From the NCBI RefSeq assembly GCF_000039765.1, contig NC_004459.3:960001-992000 (forward strand): a DNA stretch of 32,000 nt. Direction: 5' to 3'. Both the position numbers and the translations under genes were made by a program. The notes under the pieces are model-generated. The model was not told the DNA's origin. It saw only the letters and a list, made by a program, of their open reading frames with translations, and made no database searches. The stretch is from Vibrio vulnificus CMCP6 (GTDB taxonomy: Bacteria; Pseudomonadota; Gammaproteobacteria; Enterobacterales; Vibrionaceae). Below, in pieces: positions 23,192-32,000 of the stretch (the stretch's first letter is position 1; every line of letters starts with the position of its first letter).

Positions 23192-23283
23192 TATAAATAC
23201 AACACTTTCCACTATACCTACATCGGCGAATGTGCGCCTTAGGTATACAGACAATCCAAGATTGTATGTCATGGAGATAGACA

Positions 23284-25455
23284 ATGATTTACCAAGCCGA
23301 AACCCTACAGGTAAAGGAAGTACAAGATGGAGTGGCAGAAATCCTTTTCTGCGCGCCAAATTCCGTCAATAAGCTCGATCTAGCAACCCTTGCTTCACTC
23401 GACAAAGCGCTTGATGCGCTCACCGCTCACTCCGGTCTGAAAGGCGTAATGCTTACATCAGACAAAGAAGCCTTTATTGTCGGAGCAGATATCACTGAGT
23501 TTTTAGGACTGTTTGCCAAGCCAGAAGAAGAGCTCGACCAATGGCTTCAATTTGCCAATAGCATCTTCAATAAATTGGAAGATTTGCCCGTTCCGACTGT
23601 CGCGGTTGTCAAAGGGCATACCTTAGGCGGTGGATGTGAGTGTGTACTTGCTACCGATTTACGCATTGGTGATAAAACCACCAGCATTGGTCTTCCTGAA
23701 ACCAAACTCGGCATTATGCCTGGCTTTGGCGGTTGTGTGCGTTTGCCGCGCGTGATCGGCGCAGACAGCGCCATGGAAATCATCACTCAAGGCAAAGCTT
23801 GCCGTGCAGAGGAAGCTCTAAAAATTGGTTTGCTTGATGCTGTCGTCGATTCCGATCGCCTCTACGCATCCGCCCTGCAAACACTCACCGATGCCATCAA
23901 TGAAAAAATTGACTGGAAAGCACGTCGCCAGCAAAAAACCTCAGCGTTAACGCTAAGCAAACTCGAAGCGATGATGAGTTTCACCATGGCCAAAGGCTTG
24001 GTGGCTCAAGTAGCAGGGCCCCACTACCCTGCACCAATGACCGCCGTTGTCACGATTGAAGAAGGTGCCCGTTTTGCACGCAATCAAGCGTTAGACATCG
24101 AAAGAAAACATTTCGTTAAACTGGCGAAGTCAGAAGAAGCCAAGGCCTTGGTGGGTCTTTTCCTCAATGACCAATACATCAAAGGCATCGCGAAGAAAGC
24201 AGCAAAATCCGCCAATAAAGAGACCCAACGTGCAGCAGTGCTGGGCGCAGGTATTATGGGGGGCGGCATAGCCTACCAATCTGCTCTCAAAGGTGTGCCC
24301 GTGATCATGAAAGACATCGCCCAAGCATCACTGGATCTGGGCATGACGGAAGCGTCAAAGCTACTCAATAAACAGCTTGAACGTGGCAAGATTGATGGCT
24401 TTAAAATGGCCGGCATTCTCGCTTCTATTACACCAAGCCTTCACTACGCGGGCATCGATAACGCCGATATCATTGTTGAAGCCGTGGTCGAAAACCCGAA
24501 AGTGAAAGCAGCCGTGTTAAGTGAAGTGGAAGAGCAAGTGAGCGAAGAGACCGTTCTCACCTCGAACACCTCGACCATTCCAATTAACTTGCTGGCCAAA
24601 TCACTCAAACGACCAGAGAACTTCTGTGGTATGCACTTCTTCAACCCAGTGCATCGCATGCCTTTAGTCGAAATCATTCGTGGCGAACACACCTCCGATG
24701 AAACCATCAACCGTGTCGTTGCTTACGCAGCCAAAATGGGCAAATCCCCAATAGTGGTCAATGACTGCCCAGGGTTCTTTGTGAACCGCGTGCTGTTCCC
24801 ATACTTTGGCGGTTTTAGCATGTTGCTGCGCGATGGTGCCGACTTCACTCAAATCGATAAAGTGATGGAACGTAAATTCGGTTGGCCAATGGGCCCTGCT
24901 TACTTATTGGATGTGGTCGGTATTGATACCGCACACCACGCTCAAGCCGTCATGGCGCAAGGGTTCCCTGAGCGCATGGGTAAACAAGGTCGCGATGCGA
25001 TTGATGCCTTGTTTGAAGCCAACAAGTATGGCCAGAAAAACGGCAGCGGTTTCTACACGTACACCATGGACAAGAAAGGCAAACCGAAGAAAGCATTCAG
25101 TGATGAGATCGTACCGATTCTTGCTCCTGTTTGTGCCGCTCAACAAGCCTTTGATGATCAAACCATTATCCAACGCATGATGATTCCGATGATCAACGAA
25201 GTGGTGCTTTGCTTGCAAGAAGGCATCATCGCCTCAGCGCAAGAAGCGGATATGGCGCTGGTGTATGGCCTTGGTTTCCCTCCTTTCCGTGGTGGTGTAT
25301 TCCGCTACTTAGATAGTGTTGGTATTGCAAACTTTGTCGCAATGGCACAGCAGCATGTTGAACTTGGCGCTATGTATCAGGTTCCACAAATGCTTATTGA
25401 TATGGCTGAAAAAGGGCAAACCTTTTACGGCGCGCAACAGCAAGGTTCTATCTAA
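23284..25455 (+). CDS. fadB: Fatty-acid oxidation complex alpha subunit (enoyl-CoA hydratase / 3-hydroxyacyl-CoA dehydrogenase / epimerase)
   Basis: 723 aa with an N-terminal crotonase fold ([17 protein letters not shown]) and a central NAD-binding motif ([14 protein letters not shown]). Confidence 0.95.
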   Translation: MIYQAETLQVKEVQDGVAEILFCAPNSVNKLDLATLASLDKALDALTAHSGLKGVMLTSDKEAFIVGADITEFLGLFAKPEEELDQWLQFANSIFNKLEDLPVPTVAVVKGHTLGGGCECVLATDLRIGDKTTSIGLPETKLGIMPGFGGCVRLPRVIGADSAMEIITQGKACRAEEALKIGLLDAVVDSDRLYASALQTLTDAINEKIDWKARRQQKTSALTLSKLEAMMSFTMAKGLVAQVAGPHYPAPMTAVVTIEEGARFARNQALDIERKHFVKLAKSEEAKALVGLFLNDQYIKGIAKKAAKSANKETQRAAVLGAGIMGGGIAYQSALKGVPVIMKDIAQASLDLGMTEASKLLNKQLERGKIDGFKMAGILASITPSLHYAGIDNADIIVEAVVENPKVKAAVLSEVEEQVSEETVLTSNTSTIPINLLAKSLKRPENFCGMHFFNPVHRMPLVEIIRGEHTSDETINRVVAYAAKMGKSPIVVNDCPGFFVNRVLFPYFGGFSMLLRDGADFTQIDKVMERKFGWPMGPAYLLDVVGIDTAHHAQAVMAQGFPERMGKQGRDAIDALFEANKYGQKNGSGFYTYTMDKKGKPKKAFSDEIVPILAPVCAAQQAFDDQTIIQRMMIPMINEVVLCLQEGIIASAQEADMALVYGLGFPPFRGGVFRYLDSVGIANFVAMAQQHVELGAMYQVPQMLIDMAEKGQTFYGAQQQGSI

Positions 25456-26631
<1,176 letters not shown>

Positions 26632-26657
26632 CCTTGTCGGTTAAACGCCTTCACTCA

Positions 26658-26688
26658 CTAAGAGCGGCTTGAGCCGCTCTTAGTTTAT
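26658..26688 (+). terminator. Rho-independent terminator of fadBA
   Basis: 11-bp stem ctaagagcggc / gccgctcttag with loop ttga, followed by tttat. Confidence 0.8.
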
Positions 26689-26701
26689 GCACAGAACGCA
26701 T

Positions 26702-26710
26702 TGCTATAAT
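26702..26710 (+). promoter_or_regulatory. Possible extended -10 promoter element for acuI
   Basis: TGcTATAAT lies about 80 nt upstream of the ATG. No good -35 is present. Confidence 0.35.
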
Positions 26711-26791
26711 GCTAAAGTTTCATTTTATTCATAGTTCACTTGCGCCTACACTTATCCCGTTTGACCTATCTGCAATCGCTGGAGAAATCTC

Positions 26792-27772
26792 ATGTTTCAC
26801 GCTTTAGTTCTTAATCAGGAAGAAAAACGCACCATCGCCACTATTGAACAAATGGATGAGTCTCAGCTACCCGAAGGCAACGTGCTGGTGGCCGTTGACT
26901 ATTCATCTCTCAACTTTAAAGATGGCTTAGCGATCACGGGGAAAGGCAAAATCATCCGCAACTTTCCGATGATTCCAGGTATCGACTTAGCAGGTACTGT
27001 CATTGAATCACAAGACGGGCGCTACCAAGCAGGGGATCAGGTTGTGCTCACGGGTTGGGGTGTCGGCGAAAATCATTGGGGCGGAATGGCGCAGCGTGCG
27101 CGTCTTAACGCTGATTGGTTAGTGCCGCTACCAACAGGAATCGACAGCAAAAAAGCAATGATGATTGGTACTGCGGGTTTCACCGCCATGCTGTGTGTCC
27201 AAGCACTGCTCGATGCTGATATCAAACCAGAAGCGGGAGAAATCCTTGTCACCGGCGCAAGTGGCGGTGTCGGCTCTGTGGCCGTGACACTCTTGGCTCA
27301 ACTCGGTTACCAAGTGGCAGCGGTGACTGGTCGTGTTGAAAAAAACGGCCCACTACTCAAACAACTTGGCGCCAGCCGCATTATTGATCGGGTTGAATTT
27401 GAAGAGCCCGCTCGCCCACTAGAAAAACAAATTTGGGCTGGCGCAATCGACACCGTTGGCAGCAAAGTACTGGCAAAAGTGCTAGCGCAAATGGACTACA
27501 ACAGTGCGGTCGCTGCATGTGGCCTCGCGGGCGGCTTTGATCTGCCAACCACCGTCATGCCGTTCATTCTACGTAACGTTCGCCTACAAGGTATCGACTC
27601 AGTAATGTGCCCAACAGAAAAACGCATCGCAGCGTGGGAAAAACTGGTAGCGCTACTGCCAGAAAGCTACTTTGAACAAGCGTGTACCGAAGTTGAACTC
27701 AGAGAAGCGGCAAAATACGCGGAAGACATCACCAATGGCCAAGTGACCGGTCGCGTGGTCATCAAGCTGTAG
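26792..27772 (+). CDS. acuI: Acrylyl-CoA reductase, YhdH/AcuI-type MDR oxidoreductase
   Basis: 326 aa, colinear with E. coli YhdH over its whole length (GKGKIIRNFPMIPGIDLAGTV, LTGWGVGENHWGG, VTGASGGVGS, VMPFILRNVRLQGIDS). Confidence 0.9.
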   Translation: MFHALVLNQEEKRTIATIEQMDESQLPEGNVLVAVDYSSLNFKDGLAITGKGKIIRNFPMIPGIDLAGTVIESQDGRYQAGDQVVLTGWGVGENHWGGMAQRARLNADWLVPLPTGIDSKKAMMIGTAGFTAMLCVQALLDADIKPEAGEILVTGASGGVGSVAVTLLAQLGYQVAAVTGRVEKNGPLLKQLGASRIIDRVEFEEPARPLEKQIWAGAIDTVGSKVLAKVLAQMDYNSAVAACGLAGGFDLPTTVMPFILRNVRLQGIDSVMCPTEKRIAAWEKLVALLPESYFEQACTEVELREAAKYAEDITNGQVTGRVVIKL

Positions 27773-27792
27773 ATCTTGCCGTACAAATAGCG

Positions 27793-27822
27793 AAAAAAAG
27801 CCGAGTCACACTCGGCTTTTTG
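27793..27822. terminator. Bidirectional terminator between acuI (+) and the LysR gene (-)
   Basis: aaaaaaa-gccgag-tcaca-ctcggc-ttttt: a 6-bp GC-rich stem flanked by an A-run and a T-run. Confidence 0.75.
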
Positions 27823-27843
27823 CTGTTCTTTCGCCCGCTTGCG

Positions 27844-28809
27844 TTAATCGAGCCCCATATCTTCAATACGTTTGGCAATCAGCCGACTGCACTCTTCACG
27901 CACGACGGAGCGCAACCATTCTTGAGCCGGAGAATGTTCACATCGCGGATGCCAAATCATCGAGTAATCAAACGGGGTAAACTGAAACGGCAACGCTTTC
28001 ACCACCAAATCGTAACGCTCAGCGACCAAGTAGGCTAAATCGGCGGGGACGGTAATGATCAATGGCATGGTGTCCACTATCGCCAGTGCCGCTTCAAGAT
28101 GATAGGCACGCAGCACCATCTTACGTTGCGGTTGGTCGACTAACGCCTGCTCGATCAGCGCTTTCACACCATCACTGATGGCAATCATGGCATGGGGATA
28201 ATACAGATAATCTGCCAGGCTCATCTCTTTTCCCGCGAGCGGATGCTGTTTGGAAAGCAAACACAGCACCCCCACTCGGCCCAAGACTTCGCTACGCAGC
28301 GGTTCAACCGGACCTGTGGGACGGCAAATCGCCAGATCAGCCCCTTCATACGTCAACTGATCCGCCAAGCGATCGTGTTGCAAAGGAAGAAAATGAAACG
28401 ACACATTGGGCGCTTCTTGGTAGATCCTCGGCAGAGCAAACGGCAAGATCGTCTGCATCGCGTAATCAGTGGTGGCGATGGTAAACGTTTGAGTGCAGAG
28501 ATGAGGATCAAACTCAGATGGAGAGAGCAATTGACGTAACGATTCCAGTGGCTCGCCGAGAGCCCGATCGATCTCCAAGGCTTTTTCAGTCGGCAATAAA
28601 TGCTGCCCTTCACGCGTAAACAGCGGGTCGCCAAGCAAATCGCGCAAGCGCCCCAACACTCGACTCATCGCAGATTGACTGAGATTCAAACGCACTGCGG
28701 CTTTGCTGACACTGCTTTCTTCAATTAACACTCGCAGCGCCACCAGCAAATTCAGATCTCGACGGTAAATCTCTTCCAACTCCACGTTGAAGCTCCTATC
28801 CACGCCCAT
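27844..28809 (-). CDS. LysR-family transcriptional regulator
   Basis: The HTH is RDLNLLVALRVLIEESSVSKAAVRLNLSQSAMSRVLGRLR. The start was trimmed to the ATG at 28809. The track's TTG start at 28869 would read through a terminator hairpin. Confidence 0.85.
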   Translation of the reverse strand: MGVDRSFNVELEEIYRRDLNLLVALRVLIEESSVSKAAVRLNLSQSAMSRVLGRLRDLLGDPLFTREGQHLLPTEKALEIDRALGEPLESLRQLLSPSEFDPHLCTQTFTIATTDYAMQTILPFALPRIYQEAPNVSFHFLPLQHDRLADQLTYEGADLAICRPTGPVEPLRSEVLGRVGVLCLLSKQHPLAGKEMSLADYLYYPHAMIAISDGVKALIEQALVDQPQRKMVLRAYHLEAALAIVDTMPLIITVPADLAYLVAERYDLVVKALPFQFTPFDYSMIWHPRCEHSPAQEWLRSVVREECSRLIAKRIEDMGLD

Positions 28810-28835
28810 GTTTATGGCAATTGTACTCTTCAGGC

Positions 28836-28861
28836 AAAAAAAATCCCGCCTTTCAGCGGGG
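28836..28861 (-). terminator. Terminator of the 61-aa membrane-protein gene
   Basis: The minus strand reads cccgc-tgaaag-gcggg followed by atttttttt. The stem is short (5 bp) but GC-rich, and the U-tract is long. Confidence 0.55.
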
Positions 28862-28937
28862 AAGCCCAAGAAAAATGGGGATAGTGTCGGAATGAAGTGT
28901 CGTTAAATTGGTGAGCGTAGGTTTGTTAACAAAAGCG

Positions 28938-29123
28938 CTAATTCTCTTGTTCTTCAGATGCACCGGACCATCGATGCATCTCAATCCAAATCCCGATGAT
29001 GGTTGCGCTCATACCTAAAATAGGCATCAATGAGGTTTCTGCTGGCGTTCTGAACACGAGTGCACAAAACGAGATGAAGCACAAAACCGAATAAATGGTC
29101 AATCTATCTAATGCTGTTAGCAT
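28938..29123 (-). CDS. Small two-TM membrane protein (61 aa), unknown function
   Basis: A strong SD (GGAGGGAGCG) lies directly upstream of the ATG. The protein has two hydrophobic segments (IYSVLCFISFCALVF; LMPILGMSATIIGIWI), and the gene has its own downstream terminator. Confidence 0.6.
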   Translation of the reverse strand: MLTALDRLTIYSVLCFISFCALVFRTPAETSLMPILGMSATIIGIWIEMHRWSGASEEQEN

Positions 29124-29195
29124 CGCTCCCTCCGCCAGTTGTTACCAAATTGTTAACTAAAGTTAAAACAAAATGATCGCTTTGCCAAGTGGTTA

Positions 29196-29223
29196 TTGAA
29201 TATTTTTTCTACGAAAGTAGAAT
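29196..29223 (+). promoter_or_regulatory. Putative tusA promoter
   Basis: TTGAAT (29196-29201), a 16-nt spacer, then TAGAAT (29218-29223), about 30 nt upstream of the tusA ATG. Confidence 0.5.
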
Positions 29224-29254
29224 TCACCGCTAAGTAAGTTAAGAGAATCACATT

Positions 29255-29500
29255 ATGAGCTTTAATCCTGAACTGGCGACCAAGACCTTAGAGGCGGAAG
29301 GACTACGCTGCCCAGAGCCAGTAATGATGGTCAGGAAGACAATTCGAACCATGCAAGACGGTGAGGTTTTACTGGTAAAAGCGGATGATCCATCCACCAC
29401 CAGAGACATTCCAAGCTTTTGTCGCTTTATGGATCACCAACTCATTGCGGCACAAACCGACGAGCTACCCTATCAGTATCTGATTAAAAAAGGCTTATAA
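29255..29500 (+). CDS. tusA: Sulfurtransferase TusA (SirA/YhhP)
   Basis: 81 aa with the active-site motif [13 protein letters not shown]. Confidence 0.92.
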
Positions 29501-29504
29501 CGCG

Positions 29505-29545
29505 AGATAAAAAAACGGCAGCCACACGGCTGCCGTTTCTTTATT
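29505..29545. terminator. Bidirectional terminator shared by tusA (+) and the 86-aa ORF (-)
   Basis: aaaaaaa-cggcagcc-acac-ggctgccg-tttctttatt: an 8-bp stem at 29516-29535. Confidence 0.85.
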
Positions 29546-29801
29546 GGTCGTATTCGATAGTGCGAATTTCCGATTGCAGTTTATTCAACTGCTTTTTCAT
29601 CGATCGCATCTCTTCATGCATTGGAATGATGTGTGCGACTCGAATCCACGCTTCAACAGTCAATCCTGTCAAAATAAAGGATCCCGCCACAATTGGTAGC
29701 CACATATCTGTTAAAACCATTGCCAACAAACAGAGCGCCAAACCAAAAGTGAATAAATAACTCTGACTTTTTGGGGTCATCCCCATGTAACGTGTAAGCA
29801 T
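29541..29801 (-). CDS. Small membrane protein (86 aa): two TM segments plus a charged coiled-coil-like tail, unknown function
   Basis: Hydrophobic segments are YLFTFGLALCLLAMVL and LPIVAGSFILTGLTV. The C-terminal tail is HEEMRSMKKQLNKLQSEIRTIEYDQ. GAGAGGG lies 8 nt upstream of the ATG, and the gene ends at a terminator. Confidence 0.55.
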   Translation of the reverse strand: MLTRYMGMTPKSQSYLFTFGLALCLLAMVLTDMWLPIVAGSFILTGLTVEAWIRVAHIIPMHEEMRSMKKQLNKLQSEIRTIEYDQ

Positions 29802-29960
29802 AAACTAGCCCTCTCGCTATCATTCACAAGAATAAGGTAGCATGACAATCATGACACGGATATGTCCGAGGTCACGCTACTGCAAGATGGCTCTGACAAT
29901 CAGATAATAGACTGTTATTTAACTGATATTTATCTCTATTTTCTCGCTAGGCATCGCGCT

Positions 29961-30515
29961 TTAAAATAAAGCTGCACCAGCCGCTAACGCGACAAATAGA
30001 GCTGCTGTGACTTTGCGGATTAACGCCAGTGGCAGTTTATCCGCAGACAGTTTACCAATCAGCACCACAGGGGCATTGGCCAGCAACATACCAATGGTGG
30101 TTCCTAACACAACCCAAGTCAGTGCATCGGCATACTGCGCGCCGAGAATGGACGTCGCGATTTGGGTTTTATCCCCCACTTCAGCAATAAAGAAAGCGAT
30201 GAAACTGGCCACAAAAGGACCTCGGTTTGAGATCTCTTCTTCGTCATCCAACTTATCGGGAATCAACACCCATCCCGCCATGGCTAAGAAACTGGCCACC
30301 ACCACCCACTTCAACACGTCGGGAGAAAGATAATCGGCAACAACGACACCCAGCCAAGCAGCCAAGGCATGGTTGGCAATCGTAGCGAAAAAGATCGCAG
30401 CAATGATTGGGATTGGTTTGCGGTAACGGCTGGCTAACAGCAGAGACAACAATTGGGTTTTATCGCCAATTTCGGCTAAGGCGACAGTAGTAATTGAAAT
30501 AGCTAAAACGCTCAC
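29961..30515 (-). CDS. mneA: UPF0016 (GDT1/TMEM165-like) family membrane protein, putative Mn2+ exporter (MneA-like)
   Basis: 184 aa with the two signature E-x-G-D-K-T motifs (AEIGDKTQ at the N-terminus and AEVGDKTQ in the second half). It is preceded by a yybP-ykoY riboswitch. The only in-frame start is the GTG at 30515. Confidence 0.85.
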   Translation of the reverse strand: MSVLAISITTVALAEIGDKTQLLSLLLASRYRKPIPIIAAIFFATIANHALAAWLGVVVADYLSPDVLKWVVVASFLAMAGWVLIPDKLDDEEEISNRGPFVASFIAFFIAEVGDKTQIATSILGAQYADALTWVVLGTTIGMLLANAPVVLIGKLSADKLPLALIRKVTAALFVALAAGAALF

Positions 30516-30585
30516 GACATGCTCATTGGGGCGGGATAATTATAGTAACCATAGACAAACCCCACGCCCCACCCCGGTTCGTGTT

Positions 30586-30712
30586 GTTTGTCTAAGGTCT
30601 TGCTAAACTTGAAAGGCTTCAAGTCTCGAACGCCATGGTGATTTGGCACCAATTATGTTGACGGACGAACTCGATGAAAATGGCTTTTCATCCAGTAAGC
30701 TACTCCCCAAAG
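30586..30712 (-). promoter_or_regulatory. yybP-ykoY (Mn2+) riboswitch aptamer
   Basis: The minus strand reads ctgtcTTTGGGGAGTAGc...GTCAACATA...TTGGTGCCAAATCACC...GAGAC...gTTTAGCAAGACCTTagaca. This contains the conserved GGGGAGUAG and UUUAGCAAGACC elements, and P1 forms between tgtct..gg and cc..agaca. Confidence 0.85.
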
Positions 30713-30721
30713 ACAGGCGCA

Positions 30722-30750
30722 ATTCTAGCCAGCTTACGGCAACATCTCAA
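30722..30750 (-). promoter_or_regulatory. Putative promoter of the riboswitch-mneA transcript
   Basis: On the minus strand: TTGAGA (30750-30745), a 17-nt spacer, then TAGAAT (30727-30722). The riboswitch begins about 10 nt downstream. Confidence 0.55.
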
Positions 30751-30995
30751 GTGTGAAATCCGTCAAAAACTCCCTTTTAGGAAAAATTCAGCCGATAACG
30801 CGGTAAAAATCCATTAAACGAGAAAATTGCCCACGAATTAATCAAGATTAGCTCTACTCCCATGCTGAATATCTGGGTATACTTGATCGTTATTTTATTC
30901 AACCGTCATTACCTTCATTCACCCCTGTTGGCAGCAGAAAACCCAACAAATTCGATGAATGAATCCGTAATAAGAGAATCGCGCGAACCTGACTT

Positions 30996-31913
30996 ATGCA
31001 AAAATACGATATCAAAACCTTCCAGGGAATGATCCTCGCGCTGCAGGATTATTGGGCTCAAAATGGTTGTACCATTGTTCAACCGCTGGATATGGAAGTG
31101 GGTGCGGGTACCTCTCACCCAATGACTTGTCTACGAGCGCTTGGCCCAGAGCCAATGTCGACAGCTTACGTACAACCTTCTCGTCGTCCGACCGATGGCC
31201 GTTACGGTGAAAACCCTAACCGTCTACAGCACTACTACCAATTCCAAGTTGCGCTAAAACCGTCGCCAGACAATATTCAAGAGTTGTACCTAGGCTCTCT
31301 AGAAGTTCTTGGTATTGACCCACTGGTTCACGACATTCGCTTCGTGGAAGACAACTGGGAAAACCCAACGCTAGGCGCTTGGGGTTTAGGCTGGGAAGTT
31401 TGGCTAAACGGTATGGAAGTGACTCAGTTTACTTACTTCCAACAAGTCGGCGGCCTTGAGTGTAAACCGGTTACTGGTGAGATCACTTACGGTATCGAAC
31501 GTCTTGCGATGTACATCCAAGAAGTTGACTCGGTTTACGATCTGACTTGGAACATCGCACCTGATGGCAGCAAAGTGACTTACGGTGATATCTTCCACCA
31601 AAACGAAGTAGAACAATCAACTTACAACTTCGAGCACGCTGATGTGGATTTCCTGTTCAGCTTCTTCGAACAATGTGAGAAAGAGTGTCAACAACTGCTT
31701 GAGCTAGAAAAACCACTCCCTCTACCTGCCTACGAGCGCATTCTAAAAGCGGCTCACGCGTTCAACCTACTCGATGCTCGCAAAGCGATCTCAGTAACTG
31801 AACGTCAACGCTACATCCTGCGCATCCGTAACCTGACTAAATCAGTGGCAGAAGCATACTACGCATCACGCGAAGCACTTGGCTTCCCAATGTGTAAGAA
31901 AGAACAAGCGTAA
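30996..31913 (+). CDS. glyQ: Glycine--tRNA ligase alpha subunit
   Basis: 305 aa. The N-terminus ([53 protein letters not shown]) is nearly identical to E. coli GlyQ. Confidence 0.97.
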   Translation: MQKYDIKTFQGMILALQDYWAQNGCTIVQPLDMEVGAGTSHPMTCLRALGPEPMSTAYVQPSRRPTDGRYGENPNRLQHYYQFQVALKPSPDNIQELYLGSLEVLGIDPLVHDIRFVEDNWENPTLGAWGLGWEVWLNGMEVTQFTYFQQVGGLECKPVTGEITYGIERLAMYIQEVDSVYDLTWNIAPDGSKVTYGDIFHQNEVEQSTYNFEHADVDFLFSFFEQCEKECQQLLELEKPLPLPAYERILKAAHAFNLLDARKAISVTERQRYILRIRNLTKSVAEAYYASREALGFPMCKKEQA

Positions 31914-31926
31914 GAGGTAGAGTAAC

Positions 31927-32000
31927 ATGGCAAAAGAATTTTTAATCGAGCTAGGTACTGAAGAACTGCCACCAACGCAACTTCGTACTCTGGCTGAAGC
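31927..32000 (+). CDS. glyS: Glycine--tRNA ligase beta subunit (first 24 codons; truncated by the window end)
   Basis: ATG at 31927, 11 nt after the glyQ stop. MAKEFLIELGTEELPPTQLRTLAE matches the E. coli GlyS N-terminus (..[20 protein letters not shown]). Confidence 0.9.
   Translation, partial: MAKEFLIELGTEELPPTQLRTLAE

Noticed and set aside
23014-23359. Small ORFs (60-63 aa) lie in the yigZ-fadB intergenic region on both strands.
   Set aside because: They overlap the starts of yigZ and fadB and the FadR/promoter region. They have no RBS, and one uses the reverse strand of the fadB N-terminus.
30553-30593. Possible G-quadruplex formed by GGGGtGGGGcgtGGGG in the mneA leader.
   Set aside because: Only three G4 runs are present, and a canonical intramolecular quadruplex needs four. 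The tract is better explained as the loop and pairing partner within the riboswitch expression platform.

Overview
This window looks like core chromosome from a gammaproteobacterium, most likely Vibrio. That call rests on the 16S/23S sequence, the tRNA-Ile/tRNA-Ala spacer and the gene order, and it needs a database search to confirm. Left to right, the window holds:

- a partial H-NS-like gene
- a divergent MFS efflux / LysR pair
- an M24 Xaa-Pro aminopeptidase
- a complete thiCEFSGH operon (minus strand) behind a TPP riboswitch
- crcB
- a Tat-exported multicopper oxidase
- an IS630-family element
- a complete rRNA operon on the minus strand (P1/P2, boxA, 16S, tRNA-Ile, tRNA-Ala, 23S, 5S, tRNA-Asp, terminators)
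- hemG, trkH and yigZ
- fadBA with a FadR operator
- acuI/yhdH and a second LysR gene
- tusA, flanked by two small membrane-protein genes
- a UPF0016 (MneA-like) Mn exporter behind a yybP-ykoY riboswitch
- glyQ and the start of glyS

The block yigZ-trkH-hemG-rrn with divergent fadBA matches the E. coli rrnA neighbourhood, except that pepQ is absent.

I found no CRISPR array, defence island, prophage or other multi-gene system of unknown function, so the window is mostly ordinary housekeeping DNA. The points worth a second look are small in scale:

- the IS630 copy, which has an A8-tract split transposase and sits between two near-identical rrn terminator modules
- a Fur-box-like operator in front of the multicopper oxidase
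- an uncharacterised ~175-200 aa N-terminal extension on ThiE
- two possibly paralogous two-TM miniproteins flanking tusA
- the expression platform and start-codon context of the Mn riboswitch gene
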